Assembly (NCBI GenBank): GCA_043228905.1
Contig: JBHGNT010000131.1
Coordinates: 1 to 64,000, forward strand
From: Azolla caroliniana
Lineage: Eukaryota > Plantae > Polypodiophyta
Direction: 5' to 3'
DNA: 64,000 bases
A program made the translations under genes and the position numbers. The notes beneath the pieces were generated by a model. It had not been told where the DNA came from. It saw only the letters and a program-made list of their open reading frames with translations, and did not search any database. Of this stretch, positions 22,601 to 36,872 are shown piece after piece. The first letter of the stretch is position 1, and the number at the start of each line of letters is the position of its first letter.

Positions 22601-25600
22601 AGAAGCCAGAAGGGAGATTAGCTATAGATAATTGCATCTCACACTTCATTGTGCCCGGTCATAACTTTCACCCAGGCCATAAGAAGAGGAACTGCATGGT
22701 GCTGCTACCTCCCTCTTTATACCATTGAACTCACAAAATCTTCTAAATTCAATGCCTGTGAACTCACCCCCATTGTCCTTATTTAGGCATTTTAGCCTTA
22801 TACGAGTTTGGGTGATTATGAGGCACAAAAAGTTTTCGATGCAGCAAAGGCTTCATCTTTGCTTTTCAGCAAATAAACCCAAATTCTCCTCGAACAATCC
22901 TCAACAAAATAAACAAAATGCAATGCTCCCCCCCCGTTTAATCTTCTAAATTCAATGCCTGTGAACTCACCCCCATTGTCCTTATTTAGGCATTTTAGCC
23001 TTATACGAGTTTGGGTGATTATGAGGCACAAAAAGTTTTCGGTGCAGCAAAGGCTTCATCTTTGCTTTTCAGCAAATAAACCCAAATTCTCCTTGAACAA
23101 TCCTCAACAAAATAAACAAAATGCAATGCTCCCCCCCCTTTTATTGGCCTTCAATTCATGAGATAGCTCTTCAATGACCATATTAGCGAACAAAATGGCC
23201 TTCTCACTCCCATTTGGGCTCTTTGTAACATCAGAATTTCTCTTTTTCATCCTCGGCATTGGCATTCTTCCTATGTTCAAGTTCTTTCTTAAAGTACCTA
23301 CAATCAGGCTTCTTGTGGTCCGTTAGCATGTAACATTGGATTTGTCTCAGCTCTTTCTATATTTTCTCTGCTTTGCATTTGATTTTGTGTTTTTGCTTCC
23401 ACAAACAACATTAGCAGACCCACTACTCTCACCATTGAGCTTCCTTCATACCTCTTCATTCAAGATACAGCCTTTAGCCCCATTCAACATAAGGTTGGGG
23501 TTATTAGACAATTTGTGCTTTAAGTTTTTTTTGATCCCATACAGTGATTTAAGATCACTTGTAGTGTTTGCCCATTTTTACCCAAAATTAAACTCGGAGA
23601 TCAAGTCAATTGGTTTCTGAAATTTTATAACTGTAATTGGAAAAATTGCTATTAAGTAAAAACCACCACCTGAGAAGATCGTAGGCATCAAGGGAATTAT
23701 GTCGGACAAATTTGAATTAAATCTGCATATACTATTGTAATGGAGTTTTCCTGGAAACAAGAAGTATTCGAGGGATTCCTCCCATTTTGGACCTGTTCTC
23801 AGGATGAAATTTTTCAAAGAAGCTTAAAGTGCTTGGGGAACAGAGTCAGCAGCAACACTCTTTCATTTTTTGCAATTTTATACCAGTTAAAAGGAGACCA
23901 GAGGTTTATTTTGGTACCAGCTGTTGAACAAGAGATAAGATAGCTGAGGTGCAGATAAAACATAGCAGCAGAGGTTTGTTTTGGTACTTGCTGTGTGTAA
24001 TGGTGGACGTGAAGAAGTGACAGGAGAGATAAAATAGGTGAGGTACAGAGAAAACTGTGAAGAAAGAAAGATATATTAATGTCTTTTAACAGGCCAAAAT
24101 GGCCTTTAGGACCAAACAAGAGATTAAATCTTAAGTGTTGTCTCGTCTTTGAGAACAACAAATCAAAATAGAATAAGTATTACTCAGTAAATATAAAAGT
24201 AAATAATATAAAAACAGACGAGGGAATCTGGTTTTCGGCACATGTGAGATTCTCAAGTTAGATATATTGTAACTTTTCCCTTGGAAAGATCTCTAGCATA
24301 GGTCGATCCAGAATGGAGAGGTCTCCGAGGTGAGGGAAGCACCTGTGATGGCGGGAGATAATGGCCTTTATTTGTTGATGACAAGGGTGCTGCGGTTGTG
24401 GCCCATGGGGCGGGGGCCTATGTGCACGACAAATTGCTATTGCCTGAGAAGAACGCATAGGTTTTTGGTGTCCTTAATAGTGTGTTTCGAAGAGCAAAAG
24501 TATATAGTTTTATTAGATTGTGATTAATGCACGTGAGCCAGTTCGTACTGGCCAAGTGACCCAAATATGTCCTAAAAGCTCATAAGAGAGCTATAGTGTC
24601 AAACGGGCCTTCACAAAGGTACAAATTGAGACCTTTATGCCCAACAAACTTGGATTCATCAAATGTACTTAAGCTAAAGTTTGATTAAAAACTACAGTGA
24701 TTTGCTAGATTAATTATGCATCATAGGAACAATAATCCTCTTGAAATGATGTAGGAATGCAAATGTTATTGTTTTCAGGATCACACTCTGGAAACGTATA
24801 ATGAAGATGCACAGGCATATGCAAAATCTAAGGTATGTGGTTTCCTTAAGATTTTATTATGGTTGCAGTGCTTTTATGGAAATCTAAAGTTCATTATTAC
24901 TATTGTTGTGTAGCTATGTGGGTGTAGCTGAATGCTATACTTTGCTATAAAACGTGAAGCATACTCTCTTACATGCCTGATTCCTGATATTCCTGCGTTT
25001 TGCAGGATTTTTCATTGGTTCTTAATCTTTCTCAAACACAGACTGCAGATTTTGATTTAAATTGTGAGACGGCTATGGTAGAAGAAATGATAAATGCTGA
25101 CAATGGCTCTACCCCTTATGCGAATCCAGGAACGAGTAAAAATTGCAAGTCTCAAAGGGCTCCCCATGTTGAGAAATCTATCTTTGTACCAAAGGCGTCT
25201 CGTACATTGGAACGTACAAGCTCACCATCAATTCAATCTTCAAGTACTACTTTTTCTTGATAGCCTTTTCTTACTGAAGCTACTTTGAAAGGATATTTGT
25301 CTAAAACTTGAGGCTCATTAAAATCTTAAAGAAGAGAATTTGGCCTCACATGTACTTTCCAGGAAATTTTGTTCATTATGCTAACAATGTCTAAAATCCA
25401 TGTCATACCAGTTTCTCCCAGTCAACATTCCCAATCACATTCAAAGAGGGCAGCAGAGCTGAATATACCTGTAAAAGGGAAAAAAACCAAGGTGAGGAAG
25501 CTCAAGCATTTCAATGAAGATTTTCAGGCAGCAATCAGGCTTACTGTGGCGTCAGCAGAGACATTAGTTGTTGCAGACATTATGAATGAATGCCAAGTTT

Positions 25601-28600
25601 GCCAGAATTTGGAACCAAAATCAATTATCGATGCTGCTTTGGCACTTAAAAGAGGAAGGGAAACCTCTGGGCTTGATAGTTTCACATTGGAGCTTCTATC
25701 TTATGATAAGTTATGCAACTTGAATTGGGATAATGAACTTGATGACGTGGCTTTACAAGATGACTATATCTCTGATTTGAGAATTTGCTCTCAAGATGAA
25801 GGTAAGCATAATGACAATTGCGAGGAAATAAAAGAGAGTCCCAAAGAAACTGAATTAAACTCAGGAACAACTGCAAACGTAGCTGAGATTATATCAGGTA
25901 GAGTATTTGATAATAGAAACATATCCTTTCATTCACACTTCGTTGATTTACAATTTTTTGCTGATTCTACAGAAATCATGAGAACCTCTGACCCTCTCAA
26001 AAATGACACAGCAGAATGTGATGATAGAACACATTCACAAGATGGCGATGTTATAGAGGAACATCATCATACTAGGCAGGTACAGAATGAAGGAGTATTG
26101 CTTCCTGGGTTCAATATGGAGCCCGCTTCACATCAACATAGGCATCTACCAATGAGTGCTAAGGGTACTTATACCAGTCGTTGGTTTGGAGGCTGGATGA
26201 CCATGGTAAGGCCAACTTTGATAATGCTTTAATTTATTTCCAGCAACTTAATTTTTACTCATCTGATGTAAGCATGGATCTCTCAGGACAGTAAACTAGA
26301 GAACAAGCTTCAATCAAAGAAAGCAGATGAGAAGCATAATAAGCATCTTGAATCTGCAACAAGCGACTTGTCTGAACCGTGTGATTTGGCTCCTCACACT
26401 CAAAATCGATGGAGGCATTTATCAAAAACGAACTGTAAAGGCCCACTTATCTGTGTGCCCCAGATACTAAATGAAACAGATAAACCTTGCATGGTTACTG
26501 CTGGATCTTGTGCTGAGATTTTAGTGACTTCATCTCAGGCATCAGTTAAATGCTCCTTGCAAGAACCACTCTGCTCCTTTGTTCCCTGTAGCATAAACGC
26601 AAAACAGATGCCTCAATTGACTGTTATGGCCAAAGATAATGACCATCAATCAAATATTGACACTGATTGCTTTGGAACCACTACAGGCTGCCCATTGAAG
26701 CATTCAGAATTTATCTTACAGGACCGGGGGCTTGGTAAATCTCAGGAGAACAAGCAGTATCCACCTGAATTCTCATCACGTAATGGTGTTACGAGGATAT
26801 ATTCAAGCTCGTTGAAGAGCTATAGTACAAATCATACATCACCTCTTTTTGAGGCTGGTTTGTTGGCTAATGAGAAACCTCATTCTGATAAAATACTAGA
26901 TGAAAAAAGAATAACTTGTTTGCAAAGTAAACAAATTGACAACAATATTGACATGGGCTGTATAGTGAGAGATTCTGACAGAAGTCTAGATGAGCAGTGT
27001 AGATTTATCTTGCAAGAGTCAACCATGCCGGATTCTCCTCTTACGTGGCATCGTGGAAAAAGGCGTAGATTAAGGGCTTACCGAATGGTTGAAAGTGCTT
27101 TAACACAGGATACATGTGAGGATGCCATTTATGATTGCTTGGCTGACGATGTCCGTATTGATGAGGAAGTGTCTCAAAAAGCTGCAAAATCAACTATCAA
27201 CTCTATTGTAGGAATGGTAAAAGTGCAAAGAACCGGAATTTTAGGGGACAATCCTCAAAATTCAAGTGTAGCTTTACCTAAACTACATAAAGGTTGATTA
27301 ATCTCTGCAATCTAGTTTGTATATATCAGACATGTCTCGTAATAAAATAACCTTTTCTTTATGTTAATGATATTTGTTTTTGAAATAACAGAAAATAGTG
27401 TGCTGATAAATGACCGTAGAGATATTGAAAATCTAGAAAACTGCAAGGCTGAAGTTGACAGACATGGACAAAGAGAGACAAGTGGCATGAATAGCTGTCT
27501 CTTTCAGGGATTAAATTTTCTTATTACTGGATTTCCTGATAATCACAAGCCAGTTTGTGAGGAAATCTGTAGGAAAATTCAACTGCATGGAGGAACATTG
27601 CTCTCAACTGTTCCGGTATTTTCAAGTTTAGATTCTCAAAAAGCTCCTGAAATAAATCAAGGAAATACTCCACGTTGTATTGTTATAGCACCACAGAAGG
27701 TCTAGTCTAAATAAATCCTGAAATTAGTTCTAATTTATTTGTTGTTTCCTTGAAATGACTCTGCCATTGCTTTTCAGGTTCGTACGTTGAAGTACCTTTA
27801 TGGCTGTTCTGTGGGTTCACTTTTTGTGAGACCAAGCTGGATAGATGAATGCATTTCCAGAAATGGCATGCCTTCTCTAAGTAGGTAAGCTCTGTGGCAA
27901 TAAAAACTTAAGATGGCTTGTTTTATGTTCTGTCCTGAGCTGATATTCTGCATGGTAGTTTTGCTGATCATACTATACATTTAAAATTACGCAAGTCATG
28001 GTTAAGTGTTTACAGAATGTTTGCTAACAGCAATATTGATGATGATGTGTGTTCCAAACTTTGATGCTTTAGCTAAAATTCTGCCATAGTATTTTATTTG
28101 ATTATATAATGATGTATTATTTGATGGTCAAATGTTTACATAATTTGACAGCATATATGGAATACAATAATGGTTCTGTTTTGAAGTAGTTGTTCCTTTA
28201 TGATGTAGCACAAAAGAGAAAACTTCACAGAATCAGATTGTTTTCAAGGCTGGAAGAAGCAAAGAACTTATTTTCAGTAGGATTGAAGCATTTATACATG
28301 GACGACATGGCTACTGCACGAAATTATCACTTTTAATTCAGGCAAGCATGAGCATCTTAATAATATGGCATTAATCTTTCCTTTCTCATTTTTTGGCTAA
28401 TTTACTTATTTAGATTAATAACAGCACGGGGGAGGGCGATTGTTTCAAAGTTTGAAGCACTTGGTACAAGAGAAAAAGAGAAAGAAAGGTGTAACACAGA
28501 TTGTAATAGCAGAGCACCAAAGTAAATTACCTGGAGGATTACAAAAGACTGCAGGAAGATTTGGAGTATCCATTGTGGTCTGTTTCCTAACTTGACAAGA

Positions 28601-30972
28601 GGGTAGTCTTGATAATTTGAATATAGTTAAATCTCAATGTATGTAGGCTTTGTTTGGCAGAGTATGCATATGTAGATCCTATAGAGATTTGATACAATAT
28701 CAATGCTACATTGCAAAGGGAGCCTTAAACATGGAGGGAGTAAATGAAATGGAATGTTAAATTATTCTCTTCAATTCCAGAGAGGACCTGTCAGACCAGA
28801 GAAATTAAGCCCTATTGAGATTAAATAAAAAAAGAAAAGAAATATACAAGTGATAGTAATACATCCATATGTGGGGAGTAGGCTCTCTGATATTGGGGTA
28901 GGCGAAATCATCTCCAAAAAACTCTCGTGGTTCTTGCAATAATGGCATCAATATCCTTTGTAGTAAGCTGCCAAATGAAGCATTCATGGTGGCGCTTACT
29001 GATCCTACTGAATGACTCTTTCAACTACATTCCCTGGGATTGTACCCTTTGAAGAAGTCAATTGTTCGTAGAAAGGGAAGAAAGGGGAATATAATTTGTG
29101 TGGCTGATTGATTAATGACATTGATATTGAATCATTGTACAAATGGTTTCCTTAGCTTTGTTCAGACCATGTTCTTTATACTCCCTACTTGATCACTCTC
29201 CTGCTTCTATACTTAATATCCTCAACATCCCTCATTGTTTCAACACTATTTGGTTTATCAAAATCCCCTTGATGCTGTTGGTTAATCCTTGAACCTGCTC
29301 TTTGAATTGTGTTTTCTTCCTGAAAAATTGTTTTGGGAATGGTCTAACTGGGCCAAAGACTATTTAGGTCCCTTTTTCCAATTTGTATGCAGGTTTGTCT
29401 CAGGCATTTTGTACTTAGAATTACCTCATATGACACATCACAATTTTGGAACACTTTATGTATAGTTAGTCTAAGTCCTATTTGTGTTCAAAATTGAGAG
29501 AGAGTAAAAAATTTCAATGTTTTTGCAGTCTGGAGATTGGGTAATTGATAGCTTACTTGATGGTAGACTCCTGCCATTGTCTCCAACAGAAAAATGTTCT
29601 ACAGATTTCAAAGCAAAGAATCTGGATAGCATTGGTATGGTTAAACGTGAAATTTCAAAAGATGTCTCCCACACATTAAAGAGGGTTGGAACCAATCATA
29701 TACAGGAATCTGAAGAAGGGAATAAAGACAAGTTTAGCGTCTCCTTTTTGGGTAAAGGTACATTCAGTCCTTCATTTACCAGAAAAGGTTTATCTTTCGG
29801 GATGCCAATGCCCAAGGTTGCGACATCCAAGAAGTTTCCCAAAAACTTCCTGTATTATAAATCTGTTAATCTCAATAGTGTCATCTATTCTGTTGGAGAT
29901 TTTGTTGAGGTATTTGCTGAATCATTTCAGTTTTTCAATTGTTTTGGCCTTTCATTCATAGATCTGTATTGTTGGTGAATAATGGTATTATTTAGATAAT
30001 GTGAGTGGTTTATTTCCTCTTTTCAGATTCAACCACAATCGAAAGAAGAGAAGGAACCTTATATTGCACAGATAGAGAGTTTCTTGGGGTGTTATACTGG
30101 TACTGTGAAAACCAGATCTGCTGGAATAGAATCAAAGGCTCAGTCTAAGAAGCCTGGATATTTGTGTTGTAGATGGTTTTACCGTCCTTCAGATACAGGG
30201 TTTCCTTGCATGGGTACTGGCAATGAGCTTTATTTATCGGACCATATCGACCATGAAGTACCTGTAAGTTATTTATAACTCATGTGTCGGGCTTCATTGT
30301 TTCTTTGCTTTACATTAGGGTTGTCTCAATTTACCATTGAGTTTTACCTTTTTTCTCCCTAGTGCCCCTGAACTTGGGTATTTCAGAGTTCTTCCCTTCG
30401 AAAAATCAATGTGGTAAAATACTATATTTGGCCAAGAGTTACGTTTAGTAAAAAGCCACTGCAAGTGGAGTGTAGTTGAAATTCTGGGATCACCACAGCA
30501 AAAACTTTCAAACGTTTAGTCATGTTATATGGTTTGACTGCAACTAAGGCTGGAAAATTACATTGTTTAAAAAAAAATACCATTTCTTAAAGTCCATGCA
30601 ATCTTTTTGAAAACTATTGCTAGTTATGCTAAAAGATTCATGACAGTCACGGTTTATATGGTAAAAATATTAATATAAGGGGTGCTAATGATCTTATTAA
30701 ACCTTAGAAATGATAATTTACTTGTTGCTATCTTTGTTTGTTGCCTTTGAATTTAGTTTCTATTTTTGTTTCAGGTGGACACTGTAATAAAGAAAGTTCA
30801 TGTGGTGTTGATTATGGATGATAAATGTTTAACGTATGGTACGGAAGAAGGCTGGAAGGTTGTTACAGAAGGGTCTCTATGTGCGGAAAAAACGGCTAAT
30901 TACATATGTAAATTCTTCTATGATTATCAAAAAGAATCATTACATCAGCTTAAAGTTGCCCTAAAATCATAA
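16647..30972 (+). CDS. Tandem-BRCT + C-terminal BAH domain protein (~1,290 aa, ~14 exons); putative DNA-damage/chromatin adaptor
   Basis: Phase-consistent exons: 16647-16679, 18181-18264, 19847-19987, 24779-24832, 25006-~25243 (donor uncertain), ~25412-26205, 26287-27292, 27392-27699, 27778-27884, 28209-28341 (GC donor), 28425-28577, 29529-29909, 30027-30263, 30775-30972. BRCT1 LFQGLNFLITG..IQLHGG..RTLKYLYGCSVG..PSWIDEC; BRCT2 LIFSRIEAFIHG..LIQHGGG..GDWVIDSL; BAH YSVGDFVEI..PYIAQI..RWFYRPSDT..NELYLSDH..CKFFYD. Confidence 0.85.
18496..18695. repeat. Dispersed ~200-bp repeat, copy 1 (SINE/LINE-end-like)
   Basis: Aligns by eye with 24248-24445 (agattctca..agatatattgt..aaagatctctagcatagg..gatcc..ttgctattgcctga). 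Confidence 0.7.
18960..19620 (-). mobile_element. Non-LTR retroelement C-terminal remnant in intron 2
   Basis: LRTSSHQLEIEVDRYAQIPIEERIC resembles the conserved C-terminal motif of LINE ORF2. Confidence 0.6.
20940..21564 (-). mobile_element. Truncated Tcn1/Tf1-like chromovirus: 5' LTR (21118-21564), PBS and start of gag
   Basis: On minus the LTR ends TGACA and is followed by GTTTGAACC. It has TTCTAGAA-like arrays. Downstream aaatttgtggcacttgag..gaatcaa matches the gag start of the copy beginning at 61964. Confidence 0.7.
21570..23600 (-). mobile_element. Highly decayed copia remnant with internal tandem duplications
   Basis: Integrase fragments DNGGEFTGIEFRRFCEFNGIKRE and YFVEDCSRRIWVYLLKSKDE; ~203-bp duplication 22738-22940/22941-23137; ~81-bp duplication at 22518/22599. 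Confidence 0.75.
24248..24445. repeat. Dispersed ~200-bp repeat, copy 2
   Basis: Homologous to 18496-18695. Confidence 0.7.
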
Positions 30973-32608
30973 TGTTCTTGAAAACCTCCATTTCTTCCAA
31001 GAATAGCATTGCTATTACGTTGTACACTTGTAAAATGAGGTCATTGTGGTTTTGAATATTTTCGAATATTCCACTAATATTTGTGGTCCTCCAAGAATAT
31101 CATGGTGAATGTATAAAAATATTGAGTAAAATTGTTTAATTAAAGATTGAGTTGAAGGTGTACAATTCCTAGTTTACAATTTGTTGGGACTGTTCACAAC
31201 TTCAATTAGGATTCATAGGATACATCGATATATATAGAGTTTGGGTTTTGTTCTATCCTCCAAAACCCCCTAAGCTTGTGTTTCACTTTTAGACATAAGC
31301 AAATTCATCTAGTTTTGTTTTCCAAGTTTCGGGTGGTTTGAGGGTTAGAGGTTTTGGCCTAGAAGTCTGTAATTTGCAAAAGCCCAAACCTGATGACAAC
31401 ATACTGAACCTTGTAAAATGCATTAATATTTTTCCACATCAAATTCTCTATGGTAAGAAGAGTTATTGGCATGGATCAAACTTTGGACAATGTTGAACTT
31501 TCAATGGTTCGAACCTTGGAGCATATGCATTGTGGATCTTAGGTCATATTGATGTAGGCAAATGCCCAATCATGTGTATTGTGTGAGATTGATAGAATGT
31601 TTGTAGTGGTATTTGGTCAATTGGTATACTCTATATTAAACGAGTGGAGGAATATATTACCAAATTTGCATGCTTGGCTAGATAAAATGATTCTAAACTA
31701 AAAACTGAAGACACCAATTCAGTATATGGTTGGAAGGGTGAGATGAGTGGATTTCCTTGCGTCACACCAATTGTTTTTGTGTTGATAAATGGTTCCATCA
31801 TTATGTAGGTCCAACCAATTCAACATGAATTATTTCATGTGGAATGGATATGGTTTGCTATGCATCATCCATGACAACACGATTGTGAACACTATTTCCA
31901 CATGCACACGGTAAGGGTGATTGTGAAGATCTTGGAAGTGGATGATGGCATTGTCATTCTAGCATTGCTAGTGCTACATATAGTTGAGTCGATCTTTGGT
32001 GGCTTGCATAATAGGGAAGCCCCTTTGTGCTTGTAAATGTGACTCTTAGATATGCATAGGAATTCACTTCATCAACTTGCCCTCCTTATAGTGTACTCGT
32101 TTGCCAATCAACATGGATTTAAACTCTGTGGAGTGCAAACTTGATGTTAATGCACATCACATGAAAGCGTAATACTTTGACTCTTAAAAATGTACAAGGC
32201 AAACTATGCATAGTTGAGGAGTATCCTCAATTGGGGCCCAATGCCCCATGTCACATCACAGAGAGTGAGTTTATTTATATGGAAGACATGGTGCATATGA
32301 CAAATAGATGTATAAGCTCTATCATGTATCAATGACTGTAATTTGGAGAAAATGCTAGCATGTGTGAAATGTAGATTGGCATTGGAAAAAGGTCTCCTAT
32401 TGTGATAGAGAGAACTCTGTTGGTGCATCATGAAACAAATGCAATGTATCCCATTTTCTAAACAATTTCTTCATATCTTGCATTTATCTAAAATTCTATT
32501 TTTTTTCTTTTGTGTCTTTTGAATCTTTTTATGTGCTTCCCATGTGATATTAGGAAGTCACTTTGAGGCTGTTTTTCAGCCTTCAACACTCAATAACCTT
32601 GTCCACGG

Positions 32609-32890
32609 CATAGTTGTTAAAAAACGTGTATTCTACATTTAGAATACATTTTAGAATACTCTGAAGTATTCTACATGTATTCTACATTTTAGAACTGCCA
32701 TTTCTCAAAATTTCACGTATTTAATGTATTTAACAAGTATTTATCATTTCAAAAAAGTTTAATTATTTTTTTTTGTGCAAAAAAAATTCAAAATTTAAGA
32801 ATAATTTAACATATTTTATCTATAAAATACGTATTCTAAGTATTTTTTTTTAAAAGTTAGAATACTTAGCATATGTATTCTATAACAATG
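32609..32890. mobile_element. hAT-type MITE (~282 bp)
   Basis: Termini CATAGTTG.. / ..TAACAATG; 8-bp TSD GTCCACGG/GTCCATGG; repeated GTATTCTA/TAGAATAC subterminal motifs. Confidence 0.75.
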
Positions 32891-35800
32891 GTCCATGGTC
32901 ATTATCTAAATGGGAACTGATCTTAGAGAGAGAGAGAGAGGATGATTGCACAATTCACATAGGTCGGAGATGAAGATTGTTTCCCTCTCACTTAGATATT
33001 GGGAATTAAGTCAAAATCTTGATATGTGCAATGCTTTTGTATTTGATGGTAGGATGTAGTTCATAAGTTGAAGGGAGTAATGATTTGATAGTTTTCTTTT
33101 TTGTAGCAAGTTGAAAATTTGACCTTGGTGGAGTGTTTGTCTTGCTTATTAGCGATTCAACATGTCCTACTACCTAGTTAGCAGTGACTCGATAATGGTA
33201 TCATTGTACTATTTATCAAAAACATTTATTGATATAATTGTGTGTTTCCAAGCCCCCAAAATGGATTGTTAACAAAGTGGGGAAAATTACAATCATAATA
33301 GTATTCAAAATCAAACGCCAATGATCTATATTATCAACGTTTACTTTACATGGTTTTTGAAGGCCATATATTTAACATAAAGCATTCAAATGATGCTTCC
33401 TAATTTTCTTGAAGATTGGAAATCAAGTTGGACAGTTTTATTCTACAATTGGTATAAAACTAAAAATGTATGGGAGTACAAATCCACGACCAACCCTTTT
33501 TACTGCGCTCCATTGAATTCTCAAATTTTTTCATGGTTTTGTCTTCTTCTTTTCAGTTTAATGCATAATAGATTCTATTAGAATAAAAGACATTTATGTA
33601 TGTAACCATTAACACACTAAACAAATTTTATTTTATTTTCCCAAAATGAAGCTACTTTCCCATTAGTTAGGAAGGATTATTACAAAGAGACTGTACAAGG
33701 AGGCTTAAACATAGATCGGGGAATGTCCCTCCGATCAAGTTCTCACACTAAACAGTTAATAGCAATCAGACACACACATATAGTTTAGCACTCAAGCCTT
33801 TACTGGTTCTTACTATCACTCAACTGTAACTCATGTTATCACACTCTATGTAATTTTTTGTGCACAACTTGCAACTGCAAATATTTAACAATAAGGTGAC
33901 AAATTGTCTAACAACATGCCTGCACCGTTCTTTGACAAAAAATGATAATAATTTTTGTGTGATAAATTTTGGAATTAAATTGTATATTGCAAAGCTTTAA
34001 TGTCGGAAATCCCGTGACGAGAAAAGGTTCTAGAAGATGAATCCAAACCTTATGCATCCACAATGAATGCTTATTAGACATAAAACATGAGACACTACAT
34101 GGTAAAGGAATATCTCAAATCCTTGTCCTAACGTTAACATGTTTTTGAGTTCTCCATCCCACAAATTGTGTTATTTTAATATCTAGCATAAGGTCTAGAC
34201 ATGGTACCATATGATCTTATATGTAATCTCATCAATTTTGACGCAAAAATGAGCTTTATCTATGAATGCTTTAACTTTTTGTGCTTATTCAATATCTTTG
34301 TTTCCTTATGTAGATGCTATATATTTGAACCTATCTTTTAAAGCTTCACAACTTGTTATTAGGATATATTCCCACACCCCTAATCTTTGTCTCAACATGC
34401 AATCATTTATTGACCGTAACTCATGTGCCATTATAGGTTTGATTCTCCTCCATACTTTCCTACACCTGTAAAAGGGATGCCAAAGATATATATTTTCATG
34501 ACATATGCATATGCACATGTACATACTTGCACATTTTACAGACTAATGCATTGATTCTTGGAGTTACTCATGTGTCATTATAGGTTTGACATAATGCAAT
34601 ATGTCGTCCACATTTTCCCACACTTTATAATAAGGAAATATACCAAAGATATATATATTCATATATGTATGCAAATGCACATGTATATACTTGTACACAT
34701 TGTATAGATGGCTAAACTAAGTATAGACGTGGGAATACGAATACCTCGTAATGCGGAATACATGTAACGTCTTGGAGATTGATTTAATTTGAGATCATAA
34801 GCAAATCAACATCAACATTACGTTTATACCTAACTCTAGATTCTAGATAATATGAGTCTCTAGGGACTGTAAATATAGTATATACAAGATCATTGTGTGT
34901 GTGTGTGTTTGACTATTGCAACACATTGTCCGGAAAAGGTAGGAAACTTGTTGAAACAATAACATTTAGATGCATAAAAGTCGAGAAGGAAGTACATATA
35001 AAGTCATCGTGGGTCTTTTGAGAAGGTGAGAGGAAGGCCACAATGACGATCATGTTTGCATGTTCAACTTTTTGGATTTGGATTCAACATTTCCTCCTAA
35101 ATCTTGCACTAAAATATTTAAAATTGCCTTCTAATTTATACTACATGGGTTTTACACACATTTAATTTATCAAGATCTTGTGGCATAATATCTCTTCATC
35201 TCACTCTCTCTCATTGGTGAGATATAGGTCATGCTATCGAACTTGAGAGCACGATCATATACAATCATCTCTATGTTTATGTTTGTATGCACTATATCAA
35301 TGAACATTTGCTTGTTATAAACTCATAAATTAGAATCGTGTGTAGCTTTGAGGCCATCATGTGGGATTAAGCTAGACACTATTGTCACACAACAATTAGG
35401 CTTTATTTGCACCCTTCGAAGTCTTCATATGTATTGCATTGTTTCTTATAATTCATACCATGCATAATAGTGCTCATGTTCAAATATTGTGAAGCTTATT
35501 TGTGCGTATTTTCATATGTACCGTAATGTTTCTTATATGTTATGAGTCTATGACATACATACTAGAACTCGTGGTCTACTATGTATTCCGAAGCTCATTT
35601 GCGCATGAAGTAACTTAATGGGGCATTACTCCTTAACATGAAATATTTTTAACAAGAAATACTCTCTAACCCATGAAACATTTTAAATTACGCATCTCGT
35701 ATTATACATTACCTTAGGCACCTAGTGGTTTCAGATTTGATACATTGACTTAATGAACTAATTGTATAGAATCAATTTGGTGTCATGATCTATCTTAGTT

Positions 35801-36817
35801 AAAAATTCAACAATTGAGATGTCATTCCTCTTCATATTGACTTTGCAAACTCACACACTATGCCAAGCTTTGTGTGGAGTGTTAGTATTTTCCTAATTAA
35901 TCATTTTTGGTACTATGATTGAAGCTAAACATTAGGATGAGAGCTTGAAACTCCTCTCTTGGCTTCATGAACCCATTTATAGTCCCAAGTTCAAAATGCC
36001 CAAAGTTCCTATTCCAAGCTATGACATTTGTTGGGGCCATCATTCTAGGGTGTGGATTGGGACAAAAGGTAAGAGGTAAGTCATTCTTTCAAGGAGCATT
36101 GACTATATATTGAGTCCAAAACCTTATTAATATCTAGTTTCGGCCTTTGTGACACTAAACATTAGGCCTTTGCTACTCTAGATGTTATATGATGAGCCTA
36201 CCACATGACACCACGATGGTTCATAGGGAGTGCTAGCCTTTGTGACACTATATATCAAACCTTTACCATATTAGAGGCTATATGATCAAGCTTACCACAT
36301 GATCATTGTGAGGACACCAAGATGGTCCATCGAAAGTGTCTGAATGCATAAGTTGGGGGAGTCGGGTGGGAATGGCCCTCAAATGAGAAAGAGAGGGAGG
36401 CGAATAGAAAACAGTATCACGAGAACATGCATTGATCCGATGCATATCTTGAGGGGTAATAAAGGTGGGTGTCAAAAGAGTTAAAAAGCAGAATCATGTA
36501 TGTGTGAATGTGGGTCATTTCTTTTGCATTTCTTAACCACTTGACTTTTGGTGTAACATGGGGGAGGGTCTGGTGTAACATGGGGAGGTTTGATGCAACA
36601 TGGGGATGTAAGGTAGGCTTTTTAAGCTTTTGGGCTTTGCTTTTCCTTAAAAGAGCATTAACTAAGAGTGATGGAGAAAGAGATAGAGAGCTAGCTAGCT
36701 ATATATGTATAGTTTATGTTTCTCTTCTTTACAAAGATCCTTTGAATTTAAACTTATATACATATACATATGCATAACTATAAACTACTACTACTCTACT
36801 CATATAGGACTGGATCT

Positions 36818-36855
<38 letters not shown>

Positions 36856-36872
36856 TTATGAGAGAGAGAGAG
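36818..36872. repeat. Compound microsatellite (TG)n(TA)n(GA)n
   Basis: Read directly, ~370 bp upstream of the 37236 ATG. Confidence 0.9.
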
